Assembly: GCF_000143415.4 (NCBI RefSeq)
Contig: NW_003314379.1
Coordinates: 186,001-250,000 of the forward strand
Direction: 5' to 3'
DNA from: Selaginella moellendorffii
Lineage: Eukaryota; Plantae; Lycopodiophyta
DNA: 64,000 nt
Positions 20,960 through 33,339 of the stretch are shown here, piece after piece. The position numbers and the translations under genes are program-made. Under the pieces are notes generated by a model. That model made no database searches, was not told the DNA's origin, and was given only the letters and a program-made list of their open reading frames with translations. Position 1 is the stretch's first letter; each line of letters opens with the position of its first letter.

Positions 20960-23356
20960 CTATGGAGGATGCTGTTGTCGCCAAACACGTCGGTTACCTG
21001 GTCTAGTGGGAAACTCGAAAGCCGGTCTGGTTAGCTGAGTCATCTGTAAGGTGTCCTCCGCAAAGACCACGTCTGGCTTCGGTGGTGGCCGGCTCCGACA
21101 AGGCTGTTCCAACGTTGTGGTAGCGGTCGTGGTGGCTCTCACATTTTCGGCGGCCTGTTCTTCAGGAACTTCCAACGTTCGAAGCCACGCAAGGCACTCC
21201 TGGTCTCGCTGCGATCGAATTTCCAGCATCCGTTGCTTGTTCTTGCCCATTGAGTTGAAGTAGCTCCTGGAGCTTGTGCTCGTCTCGTTGCTTCTAAGTT
21301 TCTGCCGCCTGTCGCCCAAGCTTGTGCTTGGCCGCTTGTCGTTGTAGCTCTGGACGGTGACTTCCATCTCTTCTGTGACTGTTTCCAGCTTTCTGGATTC
21401 GTTCTTCACACGATGGATCTCTCGGTCTGATGATGGAGCAGCGGCAGGAGATCCTGCTGGTGGTGAAGCTTGTGGAGCTGTTGCTGCCGCTGCCGCTACC
21501 ACCACGGAAGGAGCTATTGTTGCTGTCGCAACTGGAGGAGCTACCGCTGGTGGTGGTGCTGCTGCTGCTACTGTTGCCACTGGTGCTGGTGGCGGTGCTG
21601 CTGCTGCTGCTTCTGCCGCTAGTGCTGGTGGTGGTGGTGGTCCTGTAGCTGAAGGAAAACTTTCAGTTGGCTGACGCAAACTCGCAGGCAGTGAAGCCTC
21701 GGAAATGAAAGCCAGACGCGACGGTGGTCTTGAATAAGGTTCTGGTGACGGTGAACCTCTAGTCTTCTTTTTCGATGCCTTCGAAGACTTCGAAGACTTC
21801 TTGGAGGACTTTGAGGACTTGGACGACTTGGACGCTACCTCCGGCGGCACTGGAACGACAGTATTTGGTTTGGGCTTGTCACATACATCCGGGGCCGAGA
21901 GCTTTCCAAGGTTGAGTTTTGGCACCACCGGGCTGGCGCTCCGGCATCTTGGAACCGCTGCTGGCTTGGCTGAGTGAGAAGATGTCTGGCACCCTTGATC
22001 CACCGCGACCTGAGTAACCGCGTCACCAGCACCTTGACTTCTATACACAACGTTGTAGTAAGGATCATCTGCTCCTCCACCTCTCAGCTTAAGTCCAGGT
22101 ATAGGAACACCTTTTCTAGCGAGTTCCATCAGCTGCTTCTCCGTCCTTGTTATTAATGCTGACAAAGTGAGCGTTCTCCTTTCTACCTTCTCCTTGCTGG
22201 CTTTCTCCATATCGACCAGTTTTTCGAGGCGGCTCTTGTGCTCCATAATTCTGTCATAAAGCCTGGTCATTTCTTTTGCCTCTTGCGTTGCCGATTCTGC
22301 CGCCTGCTTGCTTGCATCCATGTCCTCGTTGGCTTTCGTGACAGAGCCTTGTAGAGCCTACAGAATCAAGGACTTTACACTCCTAAAGACAGGAAGGTCG
22401 AATACCTGGATGGAGGCATGAAGCCGCTCGTTTGCAAGTTCGAGTATCTTGTTCTTGTCTTTCATGTAATTGATCTCCTTGTTTTCTTTGCTCAGTCGTT
22501 GCTGTGACTTCTTGAGATGCTTGATTACCTCCTGCAATCTTCCCATTTCCCCGGCAAAGACATCTCTTTCAATTTGGATCTCCTGAAACGAGAACAGCAA
22601 TTTCTAAAGAGTTAAATTAATAAACCTGAAGCTGAAAAGCTCACTGACTTTTGAATTGGTCACGCGTAAGTCTCGTTCAAGCTGGTATATCTCGTCCTCC
22701 TGCGAGCTACAGAGAGCTTCAAACTTTGCCATCTTCAATCTAAGGCCTACAGAGATTATAAAAAGTAAATGCTGAATGCTTGGAACAATTCAGTTGTAGA
22801 ACGTACCCTGAACAATAGCACGCAACCTCGTTGGAGCACCAGTCCGAGGACCCTTTATCCCCAGCTTCTCCAAACTATCCACGTTTTTCTCCAATCTCCT
22901 GTAATACAGAATGTCCACTGAAACCAATAAAGCCTTGAATCACCAACAAGGAAAATAGAACGCTTCTAGCAAAGAGAAAATAGAGCACCTGTTTTGAAGC
23001 CTCAGCCTGGACGCGTACACCTTTTGCTTCTTGATGAGAGCGTTTCGATCGTTTATCGCTTGAGAGAGCTTCATTATCTCCTCGTAAAGAGACTCCATGT
23101 CGCGTTCCTTGAGGATTTTCATCTTTGGCAGCGGACAAGGCGCGATGAAGGGCGTGGGAGGCCTTGAGGCGCCTCCCCTGGATATCCCACTTTGCGGTGT
23201 TCTAGCCCTGGTACCCAAACTTCCGGCGGTCACAGGCCTTGGAGGCATGTCTTCGATTTCCCCAGGACCCCATTCCTGGAAAACAAAATCATCTTCTTCA
23301 TCGTCGTCCTCAATGCTGGACGACCACACTGGACTGGTGCTCGTTGGCCTCGCCAT
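20960..23356 (-). CDS. Coiled-coil protein with IQCE-like N-terminal region and Ala/Pro/Ser-rich C-terminus
   Basis: Exons 23356..22989, 22898..22807, 22746..22649, 22582..22406 and 22357..20960 splice in frame. ESLYEEIMKL and GLRLKMAKFEALC..EIYQLERDLRVTNSKEIQIERD...EMGRLQ resemble the recalled IQCE sequence. Confidence 0.75.
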
Positions 23357-24601
23357 GGCGAAAACACCCGCTTTAGATCAATCGATTCCCCACATGCCTG
23401 TCTTGTTCCGATCGCTGGCAGAATCCTCTTTCACGGCCATCGATTCCTCACTACGATATTTCGATCGATTCCACATTCCTGGATCCCCAGACACTAGGTC
23501 TACGCCCACGCCCTAGACCTCCGCCAGCTGGATCGAGCCTGAGCTGGAACAAACGAATGGGATTACCTTCGCAGCTTCGCGACCGCGATCGATCGCCATC
23601 CTCGCCGCCAACGAAGAACACAGCGCCGCCCGCCACGCTTCCAACGCAGCGCCAAAGTTAGGAGGTTAGAACTCCCGCGTATTTAACCGCATTCTACACA
23701 ATTCAAATCTGGCCGCACGATGGCCGCGACCAACGGTCAAGATTGTTCGAATTCTTGATCTTTGATTAACACAACCAAACTTAAAATCCTACCAGCAAGG
23801 CGTCTATGTCGGCAGGCATCTCCAAAAGATGCCTGTATATACTGTCAGCATGGCCGGATCGCTATTAGATTATTCGCGTCCGTGTTCCTTGCTTGATATA
23901 AAGAATTTCATAAATTTCTTCTATTGGGCACGCAAATTTGAATTTGAATGGATGAGATGTTGAAGGGTATATAGGGCTAGGGTTCTAGGAGGCAATGCGC
24001 ATTGGAGGGCGAGCTAAATCTTGTGACAAGAATCGAGCGCGTCGGTGGTTGATCAGTCAAGCATGGGCGATCGGTCTAATTCCGTCAAGAAGTATTCGCT
24101 CGCAGAGGTATGAAAGATTCGTGTGGTGTCTTTGGTCATTCGATTTCTTTGAATTTCCAGACGCCGGGATCGAGTGGGCGGAGGCGCTCCACTTTTGCGG
24201 GGGCGCCTCCTACGCCCACGCCCATCGTCACACCGCCGCCGCCCCCACAAAGGACGGGTATTCAATCGTACCTTCACGCGCTGCTTTTGAAACTCGCAAG
24301 CCTTGTTGGTGCAGTGAGGGAAGAGCAAAATGTTATAGACGAGAAAAAACGAAAGAGTGAAGTGGCGAGGAAGCGCAAATCCACTGTAAGTTCTCTCGTT
24401 TTATTTTATGTTTTCTTTTTTCTTTCGTTCTTTGACGTGAGGCTTTTTTTTTTTTTTTTCTTTCTTCTTTTTTCGAACACAGGCACCACCAGAAGTTGAA
24501 GAACGTGATCAGGTTTTTTCTGCTTCTGCTTGACACACAACGGCAGTAAATGTACGTAGTTTTCTTGGAAATGAGCGACATTAACTGTGAATGTTTGGCA
24601 G

Positions 24602-26431
24602 ATGGTTGTGGAAGAAAACGTGCAGCAGGCTGAAGCTCTGCCATCTCCACATCCCGACGTGGTTGAGGAGAACGTCCAGGAGCAGCCGGAGGACGACGAC
24701 GACGGCGTCAAAATTGAAAAGGAAGTGGAAGAAGAGATGCAACAGCAGGACGTGGAAGATTTAGTAGAAGTTGAAGTACCAGAGGTTTGAACGAATCACT
24801 CCCATAGCTCCAAATGAGCAAAAACACTCTGTTGTGTAGGAAGATGCTGAGCAACAAGTTGTGGAAGTGAATGACGAGGATTTGCAGCAGTCGGAGGTGG
24901 GAGAATCGTCTGAAGAATCCGAACTAGAGGTACGAGAGCGTCTGAATTGTAATAGACGCAGTCGAAACGTTGAGAATGTATAGGAGACTGTCCAGCAAGA
25001 GGCCGAAAGTACTGATGACAAGATTGAATTGGTGGAAGACGGTTATCCAGTGAACGAAGAAGAAGATAAGGTAATTGTTCCTGACAAGGAGGAAGATCTG
25101 GCTGAAGAGGAGGATAAACCAGTTTCTCAGGAAAAGATTGTGGTGCCTACCAAAGACGTCCACGCAGCCAGAAAAGAAAAGAAGACGTCACTCAATAACA
25201 CTGACGAGAGGGAGGCCAAAACACCACTGAACGATGCTGAGAAAGAGATCAGGAAAGAGAAGAAGGCCTCACTCAAAGCTGTTGAGAGAGATAGCGAGAG
25301 GGAGAAATCGCCGCGCAAATCACCACGTAAAGATACAGAAAGGAAAGAGAAGAAGGTGTCACTCAAGGCTGTTGAGAAAGAAGAACGAGACGCCAAGTCG
25401 CCGCGGAAGGATAGTAGGAAGGCGTCAATCATAAACCTTGAATTAACAGATGCTGGCAAAGAAACCAGGAAGGAGAAGAAGGCGTCACTCAAAGATGGTG
25501 AGAAAGAACCACTTGGGGACATATCGCCACGCAGACTTGGGGAAATATCGCCACGCAGAGTTGGGGAAATATCGCCACGCAGTGAAAAAGAGGTATGTGG
25601 GATTCAACTTCTGGTAAAGTTCTCACGTCAATTTCATGCAGCTCAAAGACGATCGAATCAGTGAGCAAAATTTACAAATAGTTGGGGAGTGTATGGGTCA
25701 CGAAGAAGAGGTATGGTTTCTTTTTTCAAGGCCAAAACTGAAGTATATGATTTGCAGATGCTGAAAGAGCAGCAGCAGCAACACGGTAGCCTGGCAGCGA
25801 TTCGCGTATCAGTACTCTACAATCAAACCGATGGGAATGTTCTGTTCTTGGAGGGAGGCAAAGATTTCGTCGATCTTCTGATGAACTTCCTGCTACTTCC
25901 TATTGGAAGCGTGATGAAGCTGCTTCACGATAACAAGGCGGATCTCACAGGACTGGGAGCTGTGGTCCGGCTGTTTCAGAGCATGGAGAAGCTGGAACCT
26001 TCGATCATGGTGGTGGACAAGGACGTCCTGACGATGCCAAAGTCCGAGAGGAGTGAACAAGAACACCACCAGATCGAGCAACCTCTTGCTCCTCAGCTCC
26101 AGCACGGGTACGTGAAAGAGAATCTAACTTTCACCATCACAGACGAGCTCGAGATCTTTCCTACGTCGACCATCAAGAGCATCGCGTTGCTCAACCAGCT
26201 CCAGGTGAAAAACATGGCCGACTTGAAAAGCATGGAAGTCAGCGTCGACACCACAGACGTAAGAAGTTTTCTTCTTCCTCGCTTATAGTTTCTCTCGATT
26301 TTTCACAGGTTCTTCGATTGCTCAGAGCTTCACTCACTCGAAAATCCGTGCTGAATTACGTTTTCCAGTGTCGTCTTCCAAACCAGCACGAACACGAGCG
26401 CTGCGATCGTTGCTCCGTGCATTGCAAATAA
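24602..26431 (+). CDS. Acidic/Lys-rich low-complexity protein with C-terminal DUF674 domain
   Basis: Phase-0 exons 24602..24784, 24840..24929, 24984..25592, 25642..25710, 25758..26258, 26309..26431. VLFLEGGKDFVDLLMNFLLLPIGSV, FTITDELEI and VLRLLRASL..KSVL are DUF674-type motifs. The true start may lie upstream. Confidence 0.72.
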
Positions 26432-26526
26432 GCTGTTTAGTTAATGGCTTGAGTGTTCTTTGTAGATCTTTAGTTTTTTTACTCTCGAGCATTGCCACCG
26501 CGCAACACCTATAAATATTTTAGGTT

Positions 26527-28327
26527 ATGGTAGTGAGGAGTCTCTTGTCCAGGGCTTTTCTCCGATCTATGGCGACCGCAGCCGATCGCCCAGCCACAGG
26601 TAATGCGCATCGTCATCGCGATTGTAATCCTCCACATTTTCGATCGTCCAGGAGCTGCCAAGATCTTGGCAGGTAGAAAGACGATTTCTCCCGCTGGTTC
26701 GTTTAGGGACAAGTTCGTCGCGGCGTTTGACAAGATCAAGAAGGAGCTACTTGCAGATTGCGATGCTTTCCAGTTTACTCGTGAATCCAGAGAATGGGTG
26801 TCCAAGGTTGAGCTTTCATTTTTTCTTTTCCTTCTTTTGGTTTTCTCAGTGCAATGTCTTTCCAGATGTTGGACTACAATGTTCCAGGAGGTACCTGTAT
26901 TCCTTTTTTTTCGATCAAAGTCACTTCCTTTTGGGACAGGAAAATTAAATCGAGGTCTCTCGGTGATCGACAGTTTGGTGCTGCTCAAGTCCGAAGACGA
27001 GCTCTCCCGGGATGAAATCGAGCAAGCGTTTGCTCTTGGATGGTGTATTGAATGGGTACGTTCTTGCATCGATTGATAAAGAACTTCTAAACGTTTTTGG
27101 TTTCTACTTTTTGCTTTTCCATGCATAGCTGCAAGCTTACTTCCTAGTAATGGATGATATAATGGACAATTCACACACCAGGAGAGGAAAGCCAAGCTGG
27201 TTTAAGCAGCCTAATGTTCCTGAGTTTTGCGTGAATTTTATCAATGAGCTATGACACAGTCTTCTTTTGTGATTAGGTGGGTCTCGTTGCTGCGAACGAT
27301 GCATTACTGCTTAGAAACCATGTACCAAGGATTTTGAGGAAGTATTTCCATGGTCAGCCATACTACTTTGATCTCCGAGAACTTTTTGACGAGGTGTTAG
27401 TTCCTGGAAAAGCAATCGTTTCTAAGTGACTTAAACTATAGGTGGAATATCAAACAGCGTGCGGTCAGATGCTTGATCTGATCACATCGCCAGCCGGGAA
27501 GGTTGATTTGTCCAAGTACGTCATGGAAACGTAAGTTTTATTTGACTCTATGAAGTATCCATAATGTTTGTCAATGCAGCTATCTCAGGATTGTGAAGTT
27601 TAAGACAGCGTTTTATTCTTTCTATCTTCCGGTGAGCGACAGTGATTATAAACCAAGTCATTGACACCATATGAGAATACAGGTTGCTTGTGCTTTGTAT
27701 ATGTCGGGTGAGAGTGACAACTCCAAGTTCGAATCTGCAAAACAAATACTACTACAAATGGGAACCTATTTTCAAATTCAGGTCCTTATGGTTCATTAAC
27801 TTTGGTTGTTGACAGAATCGGCCCCTGCAGGATGATTTCTTAGATTGTTATGGACATCCTGATGTTATTGGCAAGGTTCGTTCCTTGCTGTTTTGTCTTT
27901 CATGTCAAGCTCACTGAATATTGCAGGTTGGAACAGATATCCAGGACGCAAAGTGTTCTTGGCTCATTGTTCGAGCTATTGAACGAGCAGATGCTAGCCA
28001 GAAAACGAGACTAGAGAACAACTATGGCAAGAAGGACAATGCCTGCATCGAGGAGGTGAAGAAAGTGTACAACGACTTGGGCCTTGCAGTGAGTATTTTG
28101 TTTTGCTTTGAGACTTTTCTCTTTAGCTGCTGGGTGAATGCAGGCAGCTTTCTCGGAGTATCAACAGACAAGCTATGGGAGAATTTTGTCTGCTATTGAT
28201 CAGGAAAAGAGTACTCGCTTACAAGTATGTGGTGTTTTCGAGTTTGTTACTTCCTGAATACTCTCTAATTACCCTGCAGGGAGTTCTGTCGTTATTTCTA
28301 GAAAAAATTTATAAGCGCCAAAAGTAG
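26527..28327 (+). CDS. FPS: Farnesyl diphosphate synthase (two in-frame ATGs, 26527 and 26569)
   Basis: Multi-exon. [26 protein letters not shown] (FARM with aromatic -4/-5 residues), [19 protein letters not shown] (SARM), [11 protein letters not shown], ending KIYKRQK*. Confidence 0.95.
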
Positions 28328-28671
28328 AATTGCTTCTCTTGCCGTTCCTGCCAGCTGTTATACGCGTTTGTCATTTGTTTCGTAGTTAGTATTGGGCTTC
28401 GTGCAATGCGGAGCATAGAGGATGATTTTAGCTGTAAATATCCTTCGCGTTTCTTGCACTAAATGTTGTCCCCATCAAAGCCAACAAAAGCTGCGCCTAT
28501 CTGCTCTTTCGACGACTTCTAAATTTTTATTATGACACTTTTTCCAGCTATCTTGTTGTTATAGGTCGTTGATTGAGCTCCTCTCGTTTCATCGTGAAGA
28601 ACGATGCGAAAATTTTGTGCTCATCAGTAAAGTGTTTACTTCACTTTCAAGCGTTGAGACGGCCCACAGCA

Positions 28672-29584
28672 ATGGTTTTTATAGTCGAATTTGCTGTGAT
28701 GGTGATTCTCGGAACTCTTCAACAGGCACACGGATCAGGTATGCCCGGGGAGATTGAGAAAGAAATTGATATTTGACATTTGATCATTGTGCAGCCTGTC
28801 CTCTGAATTTCGACTATTTCTCAAAGCCTGGCAGCAATTTTCTCTGTGGGAGCACAGCGAACTATCTCATTCGCGTTCTTGCTTTTCATACAAACACGAC
28901 AGCTTCTCCTCGACCGCTTTTCCTGGGCCTCGATGGGTGCTGGGAAACTATCAGCAAGCTGGACACCTCCCCCGAGTGTAAGAGTTCTTTGGAGATATAT
29001 TCGCCAGATTATGCATCTCCTTGCAAGTTTGCTACTTTGCAAGAGCTCGAAGGGAACTTCACGATTGCAAACATCACGTTTGACGGGCTCCTCAAGGTCT
29101 GCACAAGCTCCTTGTCTTTCTGGGAACTTTTTACATCAAATCTCCGGAGCCTCTCAAACGTGACGAAAGATACACCATGGGTGTGTGAGACTGCGCTGCA
29201 AATCGCCCTGCTCAGCACCGATGTTTTGAACGACAACTGGGCGCGGAAATTCGAGAATCTTTCCTTCTTCTTTCCATTACCTCGAGCTTCTCGAAAGAGA
29301 AACAAAAGGAAAGGTACTCTTTTTGTTCTTCTCTTTTCTCTCTTCCACATGTTGTATTACAGAGCTTGCATACACAGTATCCCTCATACTTGTCTGCTCG
29401 GCCATGCCCTTCGTGGTACTTTCATATTTCATTTGGAAAGTCCTTAAAAATCCCAGGAGTGCTTCGATTCACAATGTTCGTGTAAGAAAACTTCCACCAT
29501 TTCACGACTTTGGATACTCACTCTTTGTTTGTCTAGGAGCTTGAAGAAGAAGACAGCAGCAATAAAACAGTGGAAGGTCCATGA
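28672..29584 (+). CDS. Single-pass membrane protein with signal peptide and SPARK-like (RKF3-type) Cys-rich ectodomain, no kinase
   Basis: Exons 28672..28738, 28795..29313, 29363..29481, 29537..29584. Signal peptide, then CPLNF...C..YL.R...GCW...C, TM helix LAYTVSLILVCSAMPFVVLSYFIW and a short acidic tail. Confidence 0.62.
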
Positions 29585-32500
29585 CTATTCAATCCAGCTC
29601 TTTGCTCTCTTGAGGCTCACAAGCTTTTCCACAACCGCGGGCACCACCCATGGAAAGCTCAAAGACTCGACGTTACTCCCTTTACGAAACTCCGGATGAT
29701 ACGTGACATGGTACCAAGCACACGCCTTCGCCAATTGGTGCTCGTTTAGTCCGGCCTCAAACCATCTCCCAGCTTCCTTGGCAAGAGACTTCATGGCACA
29801 AGCGATCCTATCTCTCGTATCGTTACGCTTCGTCTTCTCGTTGGCTTTCCCGAGGCACAGCACATTCCCAGTTACAATCTCGGCCTCGGTTATCTCATAG
29901 TGTCGCAGCAAACGCTCCAGCTTCGTATCATAGAGCTCCTTGAGCAACCGTGCCTCGGCGACATGCTGCTCGTATCCATCTACGATCAAGCTACGATCAA
30001 ACTCTTCATCCATCTCCTTCGGCGATGCTGCTACTGCTGATGATCTCTGCGAGAAAATTCTTCCATTGGACTGGAGCGACCGGTAGAGCTTCCCCAGCAC
30101 ACTCTGCGAAGTATACGTCGATTTAAACTCGTTCTCCATGAAGTCGGGATAGTCCCTGGGACGAAGATCTACGGGAATCACGGCCGGGATGCCAGTCTTT
30201 GCAAAGTCGACGGCGGTTGATGCGAGCCTCGCGAGTTCCAAGCATTTTGGATCCTTGGCTCTTTCCAGCTCCTTATCAGCGTGAACAAGGTGAGCATTCG
30301 AGATCACTCCCAGGCTATCGTGAACCATCGAGTCGACGAAGAACTGCTGGATTTCCTGGAAAGAAAAAGAAAGCTAAGCGCTGAGAACTTGAGAGGATTC
30401 AAGCTTTACCTCTAGAGTCACTGAATGGTCGAGCTTGGCGGCGGTACCGGGCTCGTAATCCATCGGCTCGTGAGTCACTGGTGGTACGAGAGATTTGTCC
30501 CAGGTGACGAAGTAGAGATCACCATCGAGATCACTTCCGGAGCACTCGTTGGGATGAGGCCTGGAAGATCATACTATCAAACCAAGACGGAAGAACAATG
30601 GTAACTTTGCAAGAAGTACCTCTTTCCTCGCTGTGGGAAGACCACGCAGTCGATCATATGGTGAAGTCCCGGAACGTCCACGGCTTCCAAGACCAAGAGA
30701 TCTCCCGGGTGTAAGCAAGGATTCTTGGTGACGACGACTTTCCCGAGAACAACGCAGGCGCTCTCGCTCCGTGTCACTCCCCTGCGAGGCCTCGCATCGT
30801 CCAGGCCATCGTCCACGACTCTGCGAGTTCCTGGCGTTGGAGACACTTGCACGAAGACCTGTCCGTAGTCGAGAACTCCAGTCTCGTCCAGGCATCCCAG
30901 CAAGCAGCGGCCTTTCGGGACGTAGATCCGAGACTTCGTCCGGAGGAGGTAGAGCTGCAGCGATCGAAAGTTGTCCAGCAACCTCCGCAAGAATGGCTCG
31001 TGAGCTGGTTTATATCCCGCCTGGAGCATCGCCACCATGATCGAGTGAACCTCGCCACCCGAGGACGAAGATCTCAAGACTTCAATCGCTGTTTGTGGAT
31101 CTCTCAGCATCTCATCGAGGATTTTGAGCTCCTCGTTTTGCATCCGCTCGAACACCTCGTCTGGAACTCCGAGAGTCGTCATGAGGATGATACTCTGCCG
31201 GTTCAAGTAGTATGGAGCGTACTGCGACGCCTTGAGAACGTCCAGGCCTGTTCTTTCTGAGGGGAACTTTAGCATGCTCGGTCTCAGGGAGAGCTTGGTC
31301 GAGCACGTTGGATCAACCGCAACAACACCTTTGTAGCCAGCGTAGCGAATCTGGAGTGCCGAAGGAACCACCGGCATGTTGCAAGCTCTTGCCACGCTCG
31401 TCGCAAACGCCTTGGAGATTTTCCCGATTCCATCCGAGAAGCAGTAGCGCGTGCCGCAGTAGATGTCTTCCACGGACGAGAGCTCGTCCTCCAGCACCTC
31501 GAGCGAGCTCCTGGACGACGAGAAGCTCTGGCCGATTCGAGCAGCACACTTTGCAATGTTGGTGAAGCCGCCAAAGTCACCCATCCACGCTCGGATGCTC
31601 TCGGCGGTGACGCTGCCGGCGCCGGCAAACATCCACAGCGAGTGCTCGCGGAGCTGGCTGGCCGAGAAGCCCAAGAACTTAAACTTCTTGCCACCGATCG
31701 TCACGCCATCTCGGACCACCGCTAGAACTCGGTGATAGACGCTCGAAGGCTCCGGAAGAAGGCCGATTTGCACAGAGACTTTGGTTGGCAGTCGAACGGC
31801 GTCCGCGTAGAGGGTTTCAAAGTTTTCGTCCACAAAAGAAACGCGCAGAAAGTTTGCAGCAAAGTCCTTGTAGCGTCGGGTGACCCCGTTCGATCGCTCC
31901 AGCTCGGGTCCCGTGCAGTAGACTTTAGCCGGGGTGACGACCAGCCTCTTGACGTAAGTGTATCCTCCATCCGGCTCCACAAGCTCCGAGCGGCGATGGT
32001 GGCACTTGAGATAGCTCTCGATCGTCGAGAAGGCGTCCAGACTCACGTTTCCAGCGGGAGAGACGAGCTTGTCCAATGCCGAGAGGCAAAGTTTCTCCGG
32101 AAAGCCTTGGAGCAGTGTAAAGAGCTCGCGAGTGACCGACGCCGGGCTCATATACCCGGACTGGACCAGGAAGTTGATCTTGTAGACGATGTCGAAAGGA
32201 AGAGGAGCACCATCGTCCTCGGTGATGCTGAGAATGGGAGAAAGCTCCTGCTGCAAAGCATACGACTCGCCAGCCACCAAAGTGAGCGCTCGATCCATGG
32301 AAGAAGTGTCGTAACCGGACAAGCTCTTGGAGATCTTGAGCGCCTGCTCGTCGGACAAGTCGGAAGGGAACTCGAGGCAGTAGACGAGAGACTGCGAGAT
32401 GGCCTTGCCGGGAGTGAAATCGGTGCTGCGAGTCCATGTTGGTTCTTTCGCAAACTTGGAGTACTTGTAGTTGTAGCTGTTGGCTCTCACGGCCTTGAAG

Positions 32501-33158
32501 TGGCGAAGAATCGCGAGCGGGGTGTCCAGCACTGGGTTGCCTTGCTCGGATGGAGATGGGAGGCCTTGGAAGACGAGCGGTGGCCGAAAGAGCTGTGTAA
32601 CGAAGAAGCCAAGTTTGTTCCTTGAATGAAAGCTTGAAAGAAACTTACCTGGAGAAGAAGATGGCTAGCTTGCGAGGTCTCGACAAACGCATCCACGAAC
32701 CGGAGATTTCTAAACAGCAGTTCGAGCTTGTAATCGACACCATCGTGCTGGAGCAGCAAATTCAGCTGGCAACTGCCAAAGCAAAACTCGGCAGCCACAC
32801 CGGAGCACGACCAGAGACAGTCGATGCCACTCTCACCTCTCGCGAATCCCATGGTGAGAACGATCCCTTCCACGCGCTCGTCCCCCCGGATGGGTCCGTG
32901 CGTGACGCCCTTGTGGGCTTGGATCCGCAGAGCTCTGCCGTAGAAGAGCAGTGCGTTCTCGGCGGCGAGCTGGGACGCTAGCTGCGAGGCCTCGGCGGTG
33001 GCGAACTGGACAAAGGCGTAGCCGCGGGACATCCAGTTCGCGTGGGCGGTATCGATCGAGCAAGATACTACTGTGCCGCGGCCGCAAACGCTCTCTAGGC
33101 ACTCGACTAGCTCGCTGGCCACCGCGCATTTGCTCACATTGCCCACATAGGCCTCCAT
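29585..33158 (-). CDS. RDR: RNA-dependent RNA polymerase, RDR-alpha clade (RDR1/RDR2-like)
   Basis: Exons 33158..32649, 32592..30620, 30560..30410, 30355..29585. N-terminal RRM (SRGYAFVQF), KCAARIGQSFSSS, FSDGIGKIS, QIRYAGYKG, KNPCLHPGD, catalytic CSGSDLDGD. Confidence 0.95.
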
Positions 33159-33339
33159 AGCTAGCAAGAACCCTAAAACCTGGGCGGGATTTAGGGCATT
33201 TTCGAACTTGGGGTTTTATATTTGGTCACGAGCTATGGCGGCGAGGCGTGGAGCGGTGAGTTCTTGCAGCCTTAGTAGATTTTGTCCGTCCACGAGAGCT
33301 TGTCTTATCAGCTTGCAATGAGGAGCATCTAGAGCTCAT

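Noticed and set aside
12045-33158. Prokaryotic origin or contamination suggested by high gene density and GC content
   Set aside because: The genes have spliceosomal introns and encode eukaryote- or plant-specific proteins (ARL8, PPAN, PLS-PPR, RDR).
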